64,000 nucleotides of DNA from Azolla caroliniana (lineage: Eukaryota > Plantae > Polypodiophyta). The stretch covers positions 8,432,001 through 8,496,000 of the forward strand of contig JBHGNT010000008.1 in NCBI GenBank assembly GCA_043228905.1, read 5' to 3'. The translations under genes and the position numbers were made by a program. The notes below the pieces were generated by a model. The model was not told the origin of the DNA and ran no database searches. It saw only the letters and a list, made by a program, of their open reading frames with translations. Shown in pieces: positions 31,761 through 44,400 of the stretch (the first letter of the stretch is position 1; each line of letters begins with the position of its first letter).

Positions 31761-32265
31761 AAACCCAAACTCAAACGAGAATAGAACAGACATGAGATTG
31801 CAAGCTTTGGATGCGACAAACTCACGACAAAAACAGAAACGACACAGAATTACCGGGCACGAGCAAAGACTCCGCAAACACTAATCATTAATAGAGGAAA
31901 ATAGAAGATTACAACTGGACACGGTCAGCAACACAAAGCTTCGAGCTCCCGACACTCACTCACATCGATGCTAGTGAGCCTCCGATCGGGAGCACACATG
32001 CTACCAGCGCGAAACCCAAATTGAAAACGAGAATAGAACAGACATGAGATTGCAAGATTTGGATGCGACAAACTCACGGCAAAAACAGAAACGACACAGA
32101 ATTACCGGGCACGAGCAAAGACTCCGCAAACACTAATCATTAATAGAGGAAAATAGAAGATTACAACTGGACACGGTCAGCAACACAAAGCTTCGAGCTC
32201 CCGACACTCACTCACATCGATGCTAGTGAGCCTCCGATCGGGAGCACACATGCTACCAGCGCGAA
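31761..32265. repeat. 252-bp near-identical tandem duplication inside the N1 3' LTR
   Basis: Two copies 252 bp apart, with aaac microhomology at the junction. The 5' LTR has a single copy. Confidence 0.92.
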
Positions 32266-34804
32266 ACGGAGGCTTCACAGCACAACAAGAAACTAAAAAT
32301 GGAGAATGAGAGAACATGGATGTTTGCAGAGCTTGGTCGGACAACACATCATTCTCCAATACGTGGATCCTTCTCTCAGTGTTCTCTTCCTCCTTTTATA
32401 GCTCAAGGAGGGAGAGACTGTTACATTAGGTTGTTAAGACAACCGCTTTCAATCCTTGATTCTCTACTCGATCTCCTCAAATCAATCACCTTTATCTGTG
32501 TGACCATAAAGTACCTATCAAATGCTTTCAACCTAGTATTCTTCAACACTCAACTAATACTTGGCACTCTCCTCATCTCTTCCTTATCTTTCTCTGTTTT
32601 CGGACATTGTCCTGAATTTAACTTACAGTCCACTGGCAATGGAGATCCAACAGATTTTGCATTGTACATGTTAAACCTTTGCAAAACTTTTGTCAGATAC
32701 TTCGTTATTTATACATGTATGTACATAAAGACAATTTTGTGTGCATCCATGCATACCCCCGATCCCGCGCGTCGGCTCCATTTTCTTCCAATGGCCGGAA
32801 TCCTTCACAACATCCACCCCCACCAAACCGCACATCCTCTGGCATGTGCCAAGTAGTGAAGCAGTGGGGATTTCGGCCTAGTCTTCACTCGTCCCCTTCC
32901 GAACCATCGCCAATCCGGCCTTCGTCCGGCTCCTCTTCCTCGTTTGTGCTTCCGCCCTCTTCCTCCGGATCTGGTTCGGCTTTGTGTCGCTTCTTGTAGG
33001 CCTTTATCTGCTTTCCCACAACCGGTACCGCTATTCTTGTTTTGTCAAGCTCCGCAAGGTGGTAGGTCGTATTTTCGTTGGTGCTTGGAACCACCCTCGT
33101 GCGAACTTCCGGGTCGACTGGTTCTGATTGTCGAAGCTACTATCGTAAACCAACACCCATTCACCTTCCTCGATCTTCCACGACCGGAGTCGATGTGTAT
33201 GGTCATACTGGCCCTTGTTCTTCTTCCTCGCCTCTTCTATTCTCGCCGTCGCTCATTCCACATCCTCTGGCCACCACTCGAGCTGTCGGTTCCGTGCAGT
33301 TAGAAATTCCTCCCAGATCATGTCCTCCGCTCACTCGATTGACATCCACGAGGCTATTGCCTGCTCCACCAGCATGATCGATCTCTATCCAAACACGAGG
33401 TCGATCGGCATGTACTCGGACACTGAACTGTGCGTAGTCTGGTCAGCCCACAATGCATATGGAAGCCTTGGCCAGTTTCCGACTCATCCGTCACATGCCC
33501 GCACTATTGCTTTGAAGATTGGCTTGTGCCCTCGCTCGACCTTTCTGTTCGCTTCCGGATTGTTACACTGTTGTGAGGGAAAGCTTGACCCCTAGCCGGT
33601 CAAACAACTCCTCCGCTAGGAAGCGCGTGTAGCTCCCCATGATCAGCCACAATTTTTCCCATGCACCCATACCGGCAGATGACATCCTCTATTAGGAACC
33701 TGAAAACTACGATAGTCGGCTTGTTCGTTAAGGCTTGGCCCTCCACCTGGTTCGTTAGGTCCTCTCTTGCAAGCATTAAGATACCGCATCTGTCCTACCC
33801 CCATCGGCATTGTCGGTAAATTGATCATCCACTGGAAGTGAATGGTTGGCTGGTAGGTAGGGCACAATTCGTCTCGGTGCCGGATTCCAAAATGCATCTA
33901 ACAACTCTCGCATGTCGTCACGAAGTGGTGTACGTCGCGATACATTCCCGGCTACCAATATTTCTCCTTTAGTTTCTCGAATGTGGCCCATGTGCCCTGG
34001 TGTCTAGACTAGGGGCTTTCATGGAATTCTGACATGAGCACCGATTGATCCTCTTCCTTCGTCCCATCGGCATTGTCCCTAAATCGACCATCCACTTGAG
34101 GTGAATGGTTGGCGGGTAGGTAGGGTGCAATTCGCCTTGGTGCCGGATTCCGGAATGCATCTGACAACTCTCACATGTTGTTATGAAGTGGTGTACATCA
34201 AGATACATTCCTGATCACCAATAGTTCTCCATTAGCTTCTCGAATGTGGCCCAGTCTCCGAACTCCGGACTAGGCACTTTCATGGAATTCCAACACGAGC
34301 ACTGACTGATCCTCTTCTTTCGTCACCACCTGGAGCGGTGTGCCGGTCCGCCTTTTTGGATGTCGCCAGATCTTCCCTTCTCATAGGAAGAACCAATAAG
34401 CCTTCTAGATCTGGCTCGCCTCGTCCTTCGTCCATGTTGCTGTCATGAATACATAAGCATCATGGCTTCACTTGGGCTTGAACCAAAGAACTTGTAATAC
34501 ATAATCAAGAACCTAACCATTAGGATATCATATGATTATATAAAAGAATAAAAGCTACTTCTTGTAATAGATTGATTATTGTAAATGTTCTGGAACATTC
34601 TAAAATATCCTAGAACATCTTAGAATATTCTAAGTCAAGAACATTCTAAGTCAAGAACATTCTAGAACATTATAGAAATCACTAGGCTATTCTATAGGAA
34701 CCTATAAATATGGACATACAATTATTCTCAAACCAATTCAAATCAACACCAGTCTTAAGCTTTCGTCACCTTTATTGTATCCATCTTCATTCTATCTTAC
34801 TAAT

Positions 34805-35212
34805 TGTTGTCTGCCTGGCCGGACTAGCCTCAACACAGGTGTCTATCCGACACTTCTCCAAAGGGGTGGTAAGGATTGGATGCTAGGTTACACGCGTAAG
34901 ATGATTACCCTAAGCACAGACGGTAAAACAATACAAAGATAAAGATAAACACGCAATAATTACTTTTGTATTACTTCCGTAAAGCCTTTACAAATCATCG
35001 GATCCTTTTATAGGCATCCGACAAGGTTACAATCGGTGCACTTAGGCAACCGGCATCCGAATCGGTCCGGATCCGGATTGGTACAACTGTACCGGATCCG
35101 TACAACTGTACCGGATCCGTCCCTCCGAATAATAATTATACTATTATTTACTTCCTATTATCCGATCTGACTCCGCCTTCCCACTTGTCCTTGCTCTTCT
35201 GACCGGTCAACA
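34805..35212 (-). mobile_element. Solo LTR (family of element E at 61508) inside the G2 5' LTR
   Basis: TGTTG...CAACA termini with a perfect CTAAT TSD. The reverse complement aligns with 61508-61990 (ggatcc...gatgcctat.aaaggatcc...tacgcgtgtaa...accaccc...ggctagtccggcc). Confidence 0.92.
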
Positions 35213-37331
35213 CTAATACATTCATTCTTCTCTGATCACTTCATTCCTCTCTTCTCGTGATCTCTTTACATCTTTCTTCTACCACTCTATCTTTTCTCTT
35301 GGTTCTGATAGTTTGGTTCGAAATTTCTCTCTCTAACCCTCTCTCTCCCCCTTATCCTCCTCTATAAACATCACGAAACATGGCTGTCATCAACTCGGAA
35401 GAATATCTCACCCTTGTTGCAGAAATGGAGAATATTAAATCCATGTTCACATCTTTTGAATTAGAGAATCAATGTCTTCTTGGGGATCTACAAATGGTTA
35501 CTGTTGAGAAGCAACAACAACAAGAAGAGTTTACGTGACGGTTGCAACAATTAGAATCAACAATTGTAATTTTACAACAACAAAGGGTCGAAGGTCAAGG
35601 AAGTATTAAGGAGCCCAAAATCAGTCTCCCAACTAAATTTGATGGTTCAAGGGCGCATTTCAGAGGTTTCTTGAATCAAGCGCGGTTGGTAATCCTGAAA
35701 GAATCAAGAGATGGATTCTGTGCAGCGGAATAGATATGGACTCTGTGTGTATATGAGAGAGAGAGAGTGAGAGAGAGACAAGGAGTAAGACACAGAGAAT
35801 ACGCAAGGTAAAGTATCTTAACAAAGGAGAAAGACTCAACACGATACAAGGTGGGAGGAGGGTGCTTTATATAGTCACCCTCTCTCTTCATTAACTACAA
35901 GACTCATGGAGCATGGGGAATGTGAAAGCTCATAAGTTATGTGTCATAGAATATGATTCTATGACTCATACTAAATGCTAGAATACAAAGTGGTGACATA
36001 ATGGTGAATATTGACCGTTGGAGTGTCTATTCACTCTCAAGGTGAGTTCACACACTAGACCAAGTTGAGCTTGATTGTCAACACGCCCCCTCAAGCTCAA
36101 GTCGGGTTGGTTTCAAATGGTATCCGAAATCCGCTTCGACTCACATTCCGGAGTCCGCGTCGACTCGCGTCGACTCATATTTATGCGAAGTTGTGGAATC
36201 CGTGCTCCAGCTTGCGTTGTGCGTAGTTGCGAACTCTGTGCTTCGGCTTGCGTCTTTCTTCGCGGCTTTGCGCGGTAGATCGGCTGCGGAGTTGTTGCGC
36301 GGTTGCGGAATCCACACGTTATTGCGTATTGTCTTTAGTACTCCCCCTCAAGCTTGGCAGGTCAGGGATCGTCAATCCGAGATCAGTCATGAATTGTGAT
36401 AGCTTGTCGGCTCCTAAGGCTTTACTGAAGATGTCGGCCGTTTGAAGATTTGTGCTAATGGGTTGTAGGTCGACATCGCCAGCTAGAACACGCTCTCGGA
36501 TGAAGTGATAGAGCACTTCGATGTGCTTTGTCGACGCGTGGAACACCGGGTTCCGAGCCAGAGAGATACTGCTCATGTTGTTGTAGTAAAGGGATGTCAG
36601 ATCCTTGATGGGTATGCTCAGATCCTTGAGTATCCTTTTGAGCCATACAACTTCACATGTGGCCACTGCTGTGTTGGGATTACGGTCCCTCCGGATGGGA
36701 TGGTCGGATGTCCGGGAATCGGGAATGAAGACCCGGTTCCGGATCGGTCCGGGAATCGGGAATGAAGACCCGGTTCCGGATCCGGATGATGAAGACCCCG
36801 GCTACGGAGCCGGATGACGAATGTACCCGGAGAGAGATCTGGATGCGGGGACATATTTGTGAATATGTTTGCCAAGGGCCCTTGAGGCTATATTTGTAAA
36901 TAGCCCGAAAGTCATATGTGTATAAATATGACTTAGGGCAAACAGTTTAGTTGTTGTTGCTCATTTTTCTGTTTTCCACTTAGAGGGAGCGAAGTGAGAG
37001 CAGCCGAGAGAGAGAGTGAGAGAGAAAGAAAGGAAGAGGTCGACGCCTCTGTGTAATACCGCCGCCTGTGGCGAGGACAACGAGCTCAAGGTCGTCGCCT
37101 TGCAGCTCGCCATTGTACATTCCCTGCGTATAGTGATAGTTGGAGTCCTGCACTCCCGTGGTTTTTCCCGTCTAGGGTTTTCCACGCTAAACCGTGTGCA
37201 TTCGAGTCTCTCTCTGTGTTTTCGATTTTCTGCTGCATTGATTCGTGTTTCCTCGGTTGTGGTCGAGAGGTGAAGAAATTGAAAGCGTCAATTTCCAACA
37301 ATCTGGTATCAGAGCGACTGCAGTGCAGAAA

Positions 37332-38009
37332 ATGGAAGGCGGTAGCAGCGGGCAGCCTGGGATGATAGTGCTGAATGCGCAGAACTACGCCGACTGGAAG
37401 ATAAAGATGGAGGATCTGCTCATTGTTCGGGACCTGTATGAACCGATCGACAGGTCGGAAATACCCAAGGGGGTACTTGAGACGGAATGGAGGCTTCTGA
37501 ACCGGAAAGCCGTTGCAACCATTCGGCAATACGTCGACGTGAGCGTTCTACAACATGTGGCGAACGACACCAACGCATATGAGATGTGGCAGAAGCTGTC
37601 GGGCCTCTACGAGAGGAAGAATGCGTTGAACCGGACCTCCCTGATGAGGAAGATAGTGAACCTCAAGTACCGGGACGACGAGAGTATGGTGGAACACGTA
37701 AGCACGTTCATGGGATACGTGAACCAGCTTGCGGCGATCAAGTTCCCGTTGGAGGATGCAATGCAAGCCATCATCCTGATGTGTACATTGCCGGCAAGCT
37801 GGGAGAACTTGGTGGTGACTCTCAGCACCTCCTGCACCGAAGATAACTTGTCCCTACAAACGGTAAAGACAAGCATTTTGAACGAAGAAGCGCGTCGGAG
37901 AGATAAAGAACCGGCCTCCGATCCGAAGATGCTGCTTACCGAATCGGATCGGGGAAGACAACGGAACCGGAGTCCGCAAAGACGGGAGAAGTCGGGGACC
38001 CGGTCGTAG
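37332..38009 (+). CDS. Copia B gag (ends at TAG just before the zinc knuckle)
   Basis: LNAQNYADWKIKMEDLL, ATIRQYV, LYERKNALN and LPASWENLV. Confidence 0.8.
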   Translation: MEGGSSGQPGMIVLNAQNYADWKIKMEDLLIVRDLYEPIDRSEIPKGVLETEWRLLNRKAVATIRQYVDVSVLQHVANDTNAYEMWQKLSGLYERKNALNRTSLMRKIVNLKYRDDESMVEHVSTFMGYVNQLAAIKFPLEDAMQAIILMCTLPASWENLVVTLSTSCTEDNLSLQTVKTSILNEEARRRDKEPASDPKMLLTESDRGRQRNRSPQRREKSGTRS

Positions 38010-38026
38010 TCAAGAGGAAGGCCCAC

Positions 38027-41000
38027 ATGCTTCCACTGTGGGAAGCCGGGGCACTTCCGAAAGAATTGTCGGCATTACCGAAAAGACTACGGAGCCGACG
38101 ACACCGATTCGAAGAAGTCTTTGAACGGAACGGTGCTTACCGGGGAGCCACGGACCGGAATGGTTCGGATCGGCGAGAGCAGGACCGGAAAGGAACGACG
38201 GCACTCGCGGCAAGTGAAGAGGAGATCATGCTCATCACCGAAGAAGGTGAACTAAACATTGCCGGCGATGAGACTACTTGGGTGGTCGATTCCGGAGCGT
38301 CGTTCCACCTGACCCCGGAAAGAAGATACTTTTCATCCTACATAGCCGGTGAGCATGGCTGTGTTCGGATGGGAAATGAAGGTACGTGCCGGATTGCCGG
38401 CATAGGAGACGTGTGGTTGACAACCTTGACCGGATGCAAAATGTTGCTGAAGGATGTCCGACACGTTCCGGAGGTTCGATTGAACCTGATTTCGGCCGGG
38501 AGGCTAGACGATGAAGGCGACATAGGTAGCATCCGGAACTGCGTAATGAAGTTCAGCAAGGGGAGCCTGATAGTGGCTCGGGCCCGGAAAGTCAACACAC
38601 TGTACCTTATGAACGCCTGGTTGTGTCCGGAAGAGTTGAACGTGGCAGCCGACACTGCCGGTGAGCTGTGGCACAAGAGACTGTGCCACATGAGTGAGAA
38701 GGGGATGAAGAGGCTTGCAGAAGACAACCTTATTCCAGTGAAGCACGTGCACCTGGAGAAGTGCACCGATTTCCTGGCGGGTAAGCAGAACCGAACCTCC
38801 TTCCACTCAAGGCCACCGACGAGACGTAGCGCACCACTGGAGTTGGTGCACACTGACGTGTGTCAAGTAGAAACGAAGTCACATGGCGGAGCCCAGTACT
38901 TCGTGACATTCATTGATGACCACAGCCGGAAGCTGTGGACGGCACCGTTGAAGACAAAGGACCAAGTGTTGTGCGTCTTCAAAGAACTCCACGCGAGAGT
39001 GGAAAGGGAATCCGGCAAGAAGCTGAAAGCGATACGAGCGGATAACGGAGGGGAATACCGGGGGCAGTTCGAGGAGTATTGTCGCTCGAAGGGAATCCGG
39101 CTCGAGTTTACTGTGCCGAAGACGCCGGAACTGAACGGGCTGGCCGAGAGGATGAACCGGACCATAATGGAGAGGGTCCGGAGTATGCTGGCGCATGCGA
39201 AATTACCCAAGGGGTTTTGGGCTGAGGCAATGTCGACGGCGACATACGTGATAAACAGATCACCCTCAGTACCTTTGGACGGAGACACGCCGAAGAGAGT
39301 GTGGACCGGTAGGGAAGTATCCTACCGGCATCTGAAGGTGTTCGGGTGTCTCGCATATGTGCATGTGGCAAAGGACCAGAGAGGAAAGCTAGATCCAAAG
39401 ACCCGGCCATGCATATTCCTCGGTTACGGCGATGACGAGTTCGGCTACCGAGTATGGGACCCGGTCGACAAAAAGATATTCCGGAGTCGTGATATCATCT
39501 TCATGGAGGACAAGACACTCGCCGATTGGGAGTCGGAGAAGAAGATGAAGAGCTCCAAGTCGACCGGTGAGGATCAACTCTACAAGGAGCAGTCCCGACC
39601 GGCAAGGGACCGGTTAACACTCGAGGATCTGGCCGAAGACGGTGAAGAAACAGAACCGGCCGAGGAAGATGAAACTGATACCGGAACCGGCCCCGATCCC
39701 GAAATGGATTCGGATGAAGAGGAAACGGAGGAGCCGGTTACCGAAGCTCCGGAACGGAGATATCCTCTAAGAGAGAGAAGGCCCCCCCAGAGATTTCCGG
39801 AACCAGAGCACGTGCTGCTAACCGACGAGGGGGATCCGGAGAGTTTTGAAGAAGCAAAGCTTGACACCCATAGCCGCAGGTGGTTAAGTGCCATGCAGGA
39901 GGAGATGGATTCCCTGCATGAGAACCACACATATGAACTTGTGGAGTTGCCGAAAGGAAAGCGGGCACTTCGAAACAAGTGGGTGTTCAAGCTGAAACCG
40001 GGAGATGCCGGAATCCCCCCGAGATACAAAGCCAGGATCGTGGTGAAGGGGTTCCAGCAGAAGAAGGGCGTCGACTTCGACGAGATATTTGCCCCGGTAG
40101 TGAAGATGACCTCCATCCGGACGGTGCTGAGCATAGCGCCAAGCATGGACCTCGAGGTAGAACAGATGGACGTGAAGACGACATTCCTTCACGGTGACCT
40201 CGAAGAAGAGATCTACATGCAGCAACCGGAAGGATTCGAGAAGAAAGGGAAGGAGCACCTGGTATGCCGGTTGAAGAAGAGCCTTTACGGACTGAAGCAG
40301 GCTCCCCGGCAATGGTACCGGAAGTTCGACTCTTTCATGACCGACGAAGGGTACCACAAAACGCAGTCCGATCACTGCGTGTTTGTGAAGAAGTTCGAAG
40401 GAGGAGACTTTCTAATACTCCTCCTGTACGTGGACGACATGTTGATCGTCGGACAGGACCAGGTCAAGATCCGGATGCTGAAGAAAGCGCTTCACCGAAC
40501 CTTCTCAATGAAGGACCTGGGTCCGGCGAGGCAAATACTAGGGATGCACATCATCCGGGACCGGAAGAAGAAGCAGTTGTGGCTGTCACAGGAGAAGTAC
40601 GTGACAAAGGTGCTTCACCGGTTCAACATGTCGGAAGCAAGACCGGTCGGGTCAACCCTCCCGGCAAACTGCAAGTTGTCCAGCAAGCAAAGCCCCAAGA
40701 CAAAGGCTGAGAAGGAGGACATGATGAAAGTACCATATGCCTCTGCCGTCGGAAGCTTGATGTACGCAATGGTGTGTACAAGACCGGACATAGGATATGC
40801 AGTCGGAGTGGTGAGCCGGTACATGAGCAATCCCGGCAAAGAGCACTGGAACGCGGCCAAGTGGATACTCCGATACCTGAAGGGCACGGCAAACGTGTGC
40901 CTCCGATTCGGCTCCGGTAAGCCCGAACTCGACGGCTTTACCGATTCGGATATGTCGGCTGATGCAGATACCAGCTGGTCCACATCAGGGTATGTGATGA

Positions 41001-41404
41001 CGTATGCAGGGGGAGCTGTTTCGTGGCAGTCGAGGCTGCAGAAGACGGTTGCATTGTCAACCACGGAGGCGGAGTACATGGCGGCTATTGAAGCCGGCAA
41101 GGAAATGATATGGATGAAGGACTTCATTAGAGAGCTCGGTATCCGGCAGGAGGAGTACCGACTCTACTGCGACAGTCAGAGTGCCATCCACCTTGCGAAG
41201 AACGCGGCCTATCACTCCCGGACGAAGCACATCCAACGAAGATATCACTGGATCCGGGAAAGGATAGAAGACCAGGAGTTCGTGCTGACGAAGATCCACA
41301 CGGACGAGAACGGGTCAGACATGCTGACCAAAGTGCTCACACCCGACAAGCTGGAAGCGTGCCAGAAGAGGGTCGGACTGGAAAGACATCCCATGCCGAA
41401 GTGA
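38027..41404 (+). CDS. Copia B pol ORF (PR-INT-RT-RH), 1125-aa open frame
   Basis: WVVDSGASFH, LELVHTD, ADNGGEY, NGLAERMNRT, YKARIVVKGF, LLYVDDML, STTEAEY and HSRTKHI. Confidence 0.92.
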   Translation: MLPLWEAGALPKELSALPKRLRSRRHRFEEVFERNGAYRGATDRNGSDRREQDRKGTTALAASEEEIMLITEEGELNIAGDETTWVVDSGASFHLTPERRYFSSYIAGEHGCVRMGNEGTCRIAGIGDVWLTTLTGCKMLLKDVRHVPEVRLNLISAGRLDDEGDIGSIRNCVMKFSKGSLIVARARKVNTLYLMNAWLCPEELNVAADTAGELWHKRLCHMSEKGMKRLAEDNLIPVKHVHLEKCTDFLAGKQNRTSFHSRPPTRRSAPLELVHTDVCQVETKSHGGAQYFVTFIDDHSRKLWTAPLKTKDQVLCVFKELHARVERESGKKLKAIRADNGGEYRGQFEEYCRSKGIRLEFTVPKTPELNGLAERMNRTIMERVRSMLAHAKLPKGFWAEAMSTATYVINRSPSVPLDGDTPKRVWTGREVSYRHLKVFGCLAYVHVAKDQRGKLDPKTRPCIFLGYGDDEFGYRVWDPVDKKIFRSRDIIFMEDKTLADWESEKKMKSSKSTGEDQLYKEQSRPARDRLTLEDLAEDGEETEPAEEDETDTGTGPDPEMDSDEEETEEPVTEAPERRYPLRERRPPQRFPEPEHVLLTDEGDPESFEEAKLDTHSRRWLSAMQEEMDSLHENHTYELVELPKGKRALRNKWVFKLKPGDAGIPPRYKARIVVKGFQQKKGVDFDEIFAPVVKMTSIRTVLSIAPSMDLEVEQMDVKTTFLHGDLEEEIYMQQPEGFEKKGKEHLVCRLKKSLYGLKQAPRQWYRKFDSFMTDEGYHKTQSDHCVFVKKFEGGDFLILLLYVDDMLIVGQDQVKIRMLKKALHRTFSMKDLGPARQILGMHIIRDRKKKQLWLSQEKYVTKVLHRFNMSEARPVGSTLPANCKLSSKQSPKTKAEKEDMMKVPYASAVGSLMYAMVCTRPDIGYAVGVVSRYMSNPGKEHWNAAKWILRYLKGTANVCLRFGSGKPELDGFTDSDMSADADTSWSTSGYVMTYAGGAVSWQSRLQKTVALSTTEAEYMAAIEAGKEMIWMKDFIRELGIRQEEYRLYCDSQSAIHLAKNAAYHSRTKHIQRRYHWIRERIEDQEFVLTKIHTDENGSDMLTKVLTPDKLEACQKRVGLERHPMPK

Positions 41405-44400
41405 AGGGGGAGTTTGTTGGGATTACGGTCCCTCCGGATGGGATGGTCGGATGTCCGGGAATCGGGAATGAAGACCCGGTTCCGGATCGGTCCGGGAATC
41501 GGGAATGAAGACCCGGTTCCGGATCCGGATGATGAAGACCCCGGCTACGGAGCCGGATGACGAATGTACCCGGAGAGAGATCCGGATGCGGGGACATATT
41601 TGTGAATATGTTTGCCAAGGGCCCTTGAGGCTATATTTGTAAATAGCCCGAAAGTCATATGTGTATAAATATGACTTAGGGCAAACAGTTTAGTTGTTGT
41701 TGCTCATTTTTCTGTTTTCCACTTAGAGGGAGCGAAGTGAGAGCAGCCGAGAGAGAGAGAGTGAGAGAGAAAGAAAGGAAGAGGTCGACGCCTCTGTGTA
41801 ATACCGCCGCCTGTGGCGAGGACAGCGAGCTCAAGGTCGTCGCCTTGCAGCTCGCCATTGTACATTCCCTGCGTATAGTGATAGTTGGAGTCCTGCACTC
41901 CCGTGGTTTTTCCCGTCTAGGGTTTTCCACGCTAAACCGTGTGCATTCGAGTCTCTCTCTGTGTTTTCGATTTTCTGCTGCATTGATTCGTGTTTCCTCG
42001 GTTGTGGTCGAGAGGTGAAGAAATTGAAAGCGTCAATTTCCAACATGCTGCGCCCCTGTATTCCGCCTCTGTGCTCGAATGAGCGATGGTTGGTTGCTTT
42101 TTGCTGCTCCAGGATATTACTTCGCTGTCAAGGGAGAAAACAAATCTGGAGGTTGATCTTCTATCGTCTTTGTAGCCGGCCCACTTGGCGTCTGTGTACC
42201 CCTTGAGTCGTATTGGCATCGTGGTCTTGTAGAGGATGCCACAATCCATTGTGCCGCTCACGTATGGTCGAACTCACTTAGCGCAATCCAAGTGAGTATC
42301 ACGCGGTGTTTGCATGAATTGGCTAAGGAGACCGACCGGATAACTGAGATCGGGTCGTGTGATCGTGAGGTAGATGAGACTCCCGATGAGTTGCCGATAC
42401 TGAGTCGGCTCACACGCTTTGGTGCTGGAGTTTGCATCTAGTTTGAGATTGTGATTGAGCGGGGTTGCCACGGATTTGCACTCAGCCATATCGAACTTGT
42501 ATAACAAGTTGAGGATGTAGTGCCGTTGAGAGATCATGATTCCGGCCGAAGTCCGAATTACCTCGATGCTGAGGAAGTAGTGGAGCTCCTTCATGTCCAT
42601 CATCTCGAACTTGTCGGAAAGGAGGGATTTGACCTTATTGATTTCGATGAGATGCTCACCTCCAATGACTAGGTCATCCACATATAAGATGATGACGATT
42701 GGACTTGCGGAATCGCTTTGTATGTAGAGGGAGTTGTCCGATTTGACATACGGAAGCCTATTCGATGAAGATATTGCGTTATCTTCGAATGCCAAGCACG
42801 CGGTGCTTGCTTGAGGCCGTAGAGTGGCTTCTTGAGTCGACATACAACTTTCGGATGGGTGCTCGAGTTGAAGCCAGGTGGTTGTATCATGTACACCTCC
42901 TCTTCTAATTTGCCTTGTAGAAAGGCGTTCTTGACTCCATTTGATGGAGGTGCCACCCTTTCGCCGCGGCAAGCACAATTACAGTCCATACCGTCATCTT
43001 TGCTGGTTCCCATACGTCGAAATGGACTACGTCGAGTAGACCTTTGCTCACGTTCCGCTCTTTCGGGAATGGGTGTCGGTGTTGCTTGCCGAATTGGCAT
43101 GCTTCGCATACACCTTCAATCTCCTTCTCTTTGAATGTCGGGAGTCCGATGATGACTCCTTTCGATTTCATTGCGTTGAGATTGATGTGGCCGATTCGCT
43201 TGTGTCATAGCTCTATGTCGGAGTCGGATTTCGTGCTTTTTGCGAACATGGCGGATTTCATCTCGTGTGAATCAAGAATGAACATCCGGCCCTCTCTTCT
43301 TCTGCGCGCGATGATTCGGCCCTCTTTTTCGATGAAGCACCTTTCTTGGTCGAATCGTACTTGCATCCCTTGCTCAACCATTAGGCTGACCGAGACCAAA
43401 TTCTTTGTGATGGTGGGAACATGCAAGACATTTTTAATGTATGTTTGCTTACCTCTTTCGCCGAACAGAACATTGCCGATGTGCTGAATCGGGTGCGCAG
43501 TGTCATCTCCGGTTTCGACATAACCGGGTCTCTCCGGCTCTCGAAGTTCGAGAAACCATTCTTTATGAGATGTCATATGGTTTGAGGCTCCGGAGTCAAC
43601 AAACCATACGTTCTCCGGATTGAGGGCACTAGTTGAGGTAGAGGACGACATAGAGTTTGCTCTATCTTTCATCATGAACATTCCGCCACGGTCGGAGTTG
43701 TGTGCATACATTCCGCCACGATCTTCGTAGTCGGAGTTGTGCTCGTACATTCTGCTATACTCTTCGTAGTCGGAATTGTGCGTGTAATTCGTGAGTTGTC
43801 GGCTTGTGGAAGCCGATTCATGCATCTTCTTTCGGCACTCTTCTTCGTGGTGGCGGAGCTTTCCGCAATATCCACATTCGGTTGCGTTTTGATGGCTTGG
43901 GCCGGAGTGGAAGCTCCCCCTTCTTGCGAGGGTTCCTCGTTGGCTTCCGTTTTGCGGCTGAAATTGGGAGTTGTCGTAGGTCGGAGCTCGTCTTCCTTGT
44001 CCTTGAACGAATCGGCCTCTCACTTGTTCGCGTCCTCTTCCTCCGTTCGAGTGCGTGTAGAGCATTTGGCCTCCGACCCATTGCTCCTTGTACGCACATG
44101 GTTTTCTTCGACCAATAGCATTGATTGGAGCTCGAAGAAGGAGGGAGATTTCTCCCTTGCAAGAACGGCGGTTCGCATCGCACCGAACCGTGGTGCGAGG
44201 CCGCCGAGGCATATTTGCACCATCTCATCATCATCAATATTTACGCTTAACGAGCTGAGTGAGTCGCAAAGCTCCTTGATCTTCAAGGTCTATGTCGTGA
44301 TGGACACGTCCGTTTGTTGAATGTTGTTCAACTCTTGGCGGAGTTGAAGCCTTCTTGCGGTTGTGTTCACCGCGAAAACTTTTGTAGATTTTCGCATGCC

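Larger units (their letters stand above)
36672..42045 (+). mobile_element. Copia B (Tnt1/Tork-like), very young insertion
   Basis: LTRs at 36672-37300 and 41415-42045 differ by 2 substitutions and one AG unit by eye. Perfect TGCTG TSD. PBS TGGTATCAGAGC at 37304. PPT GAAGGGGGAG. Confidence 0.97.

Noticed and set aside
38338-41299. Several 140-190-aa antisense ORFs over Copia B pol
   Set aside because: Shadow ORFs expected opposite a GC-rich coding frame, with no domains.
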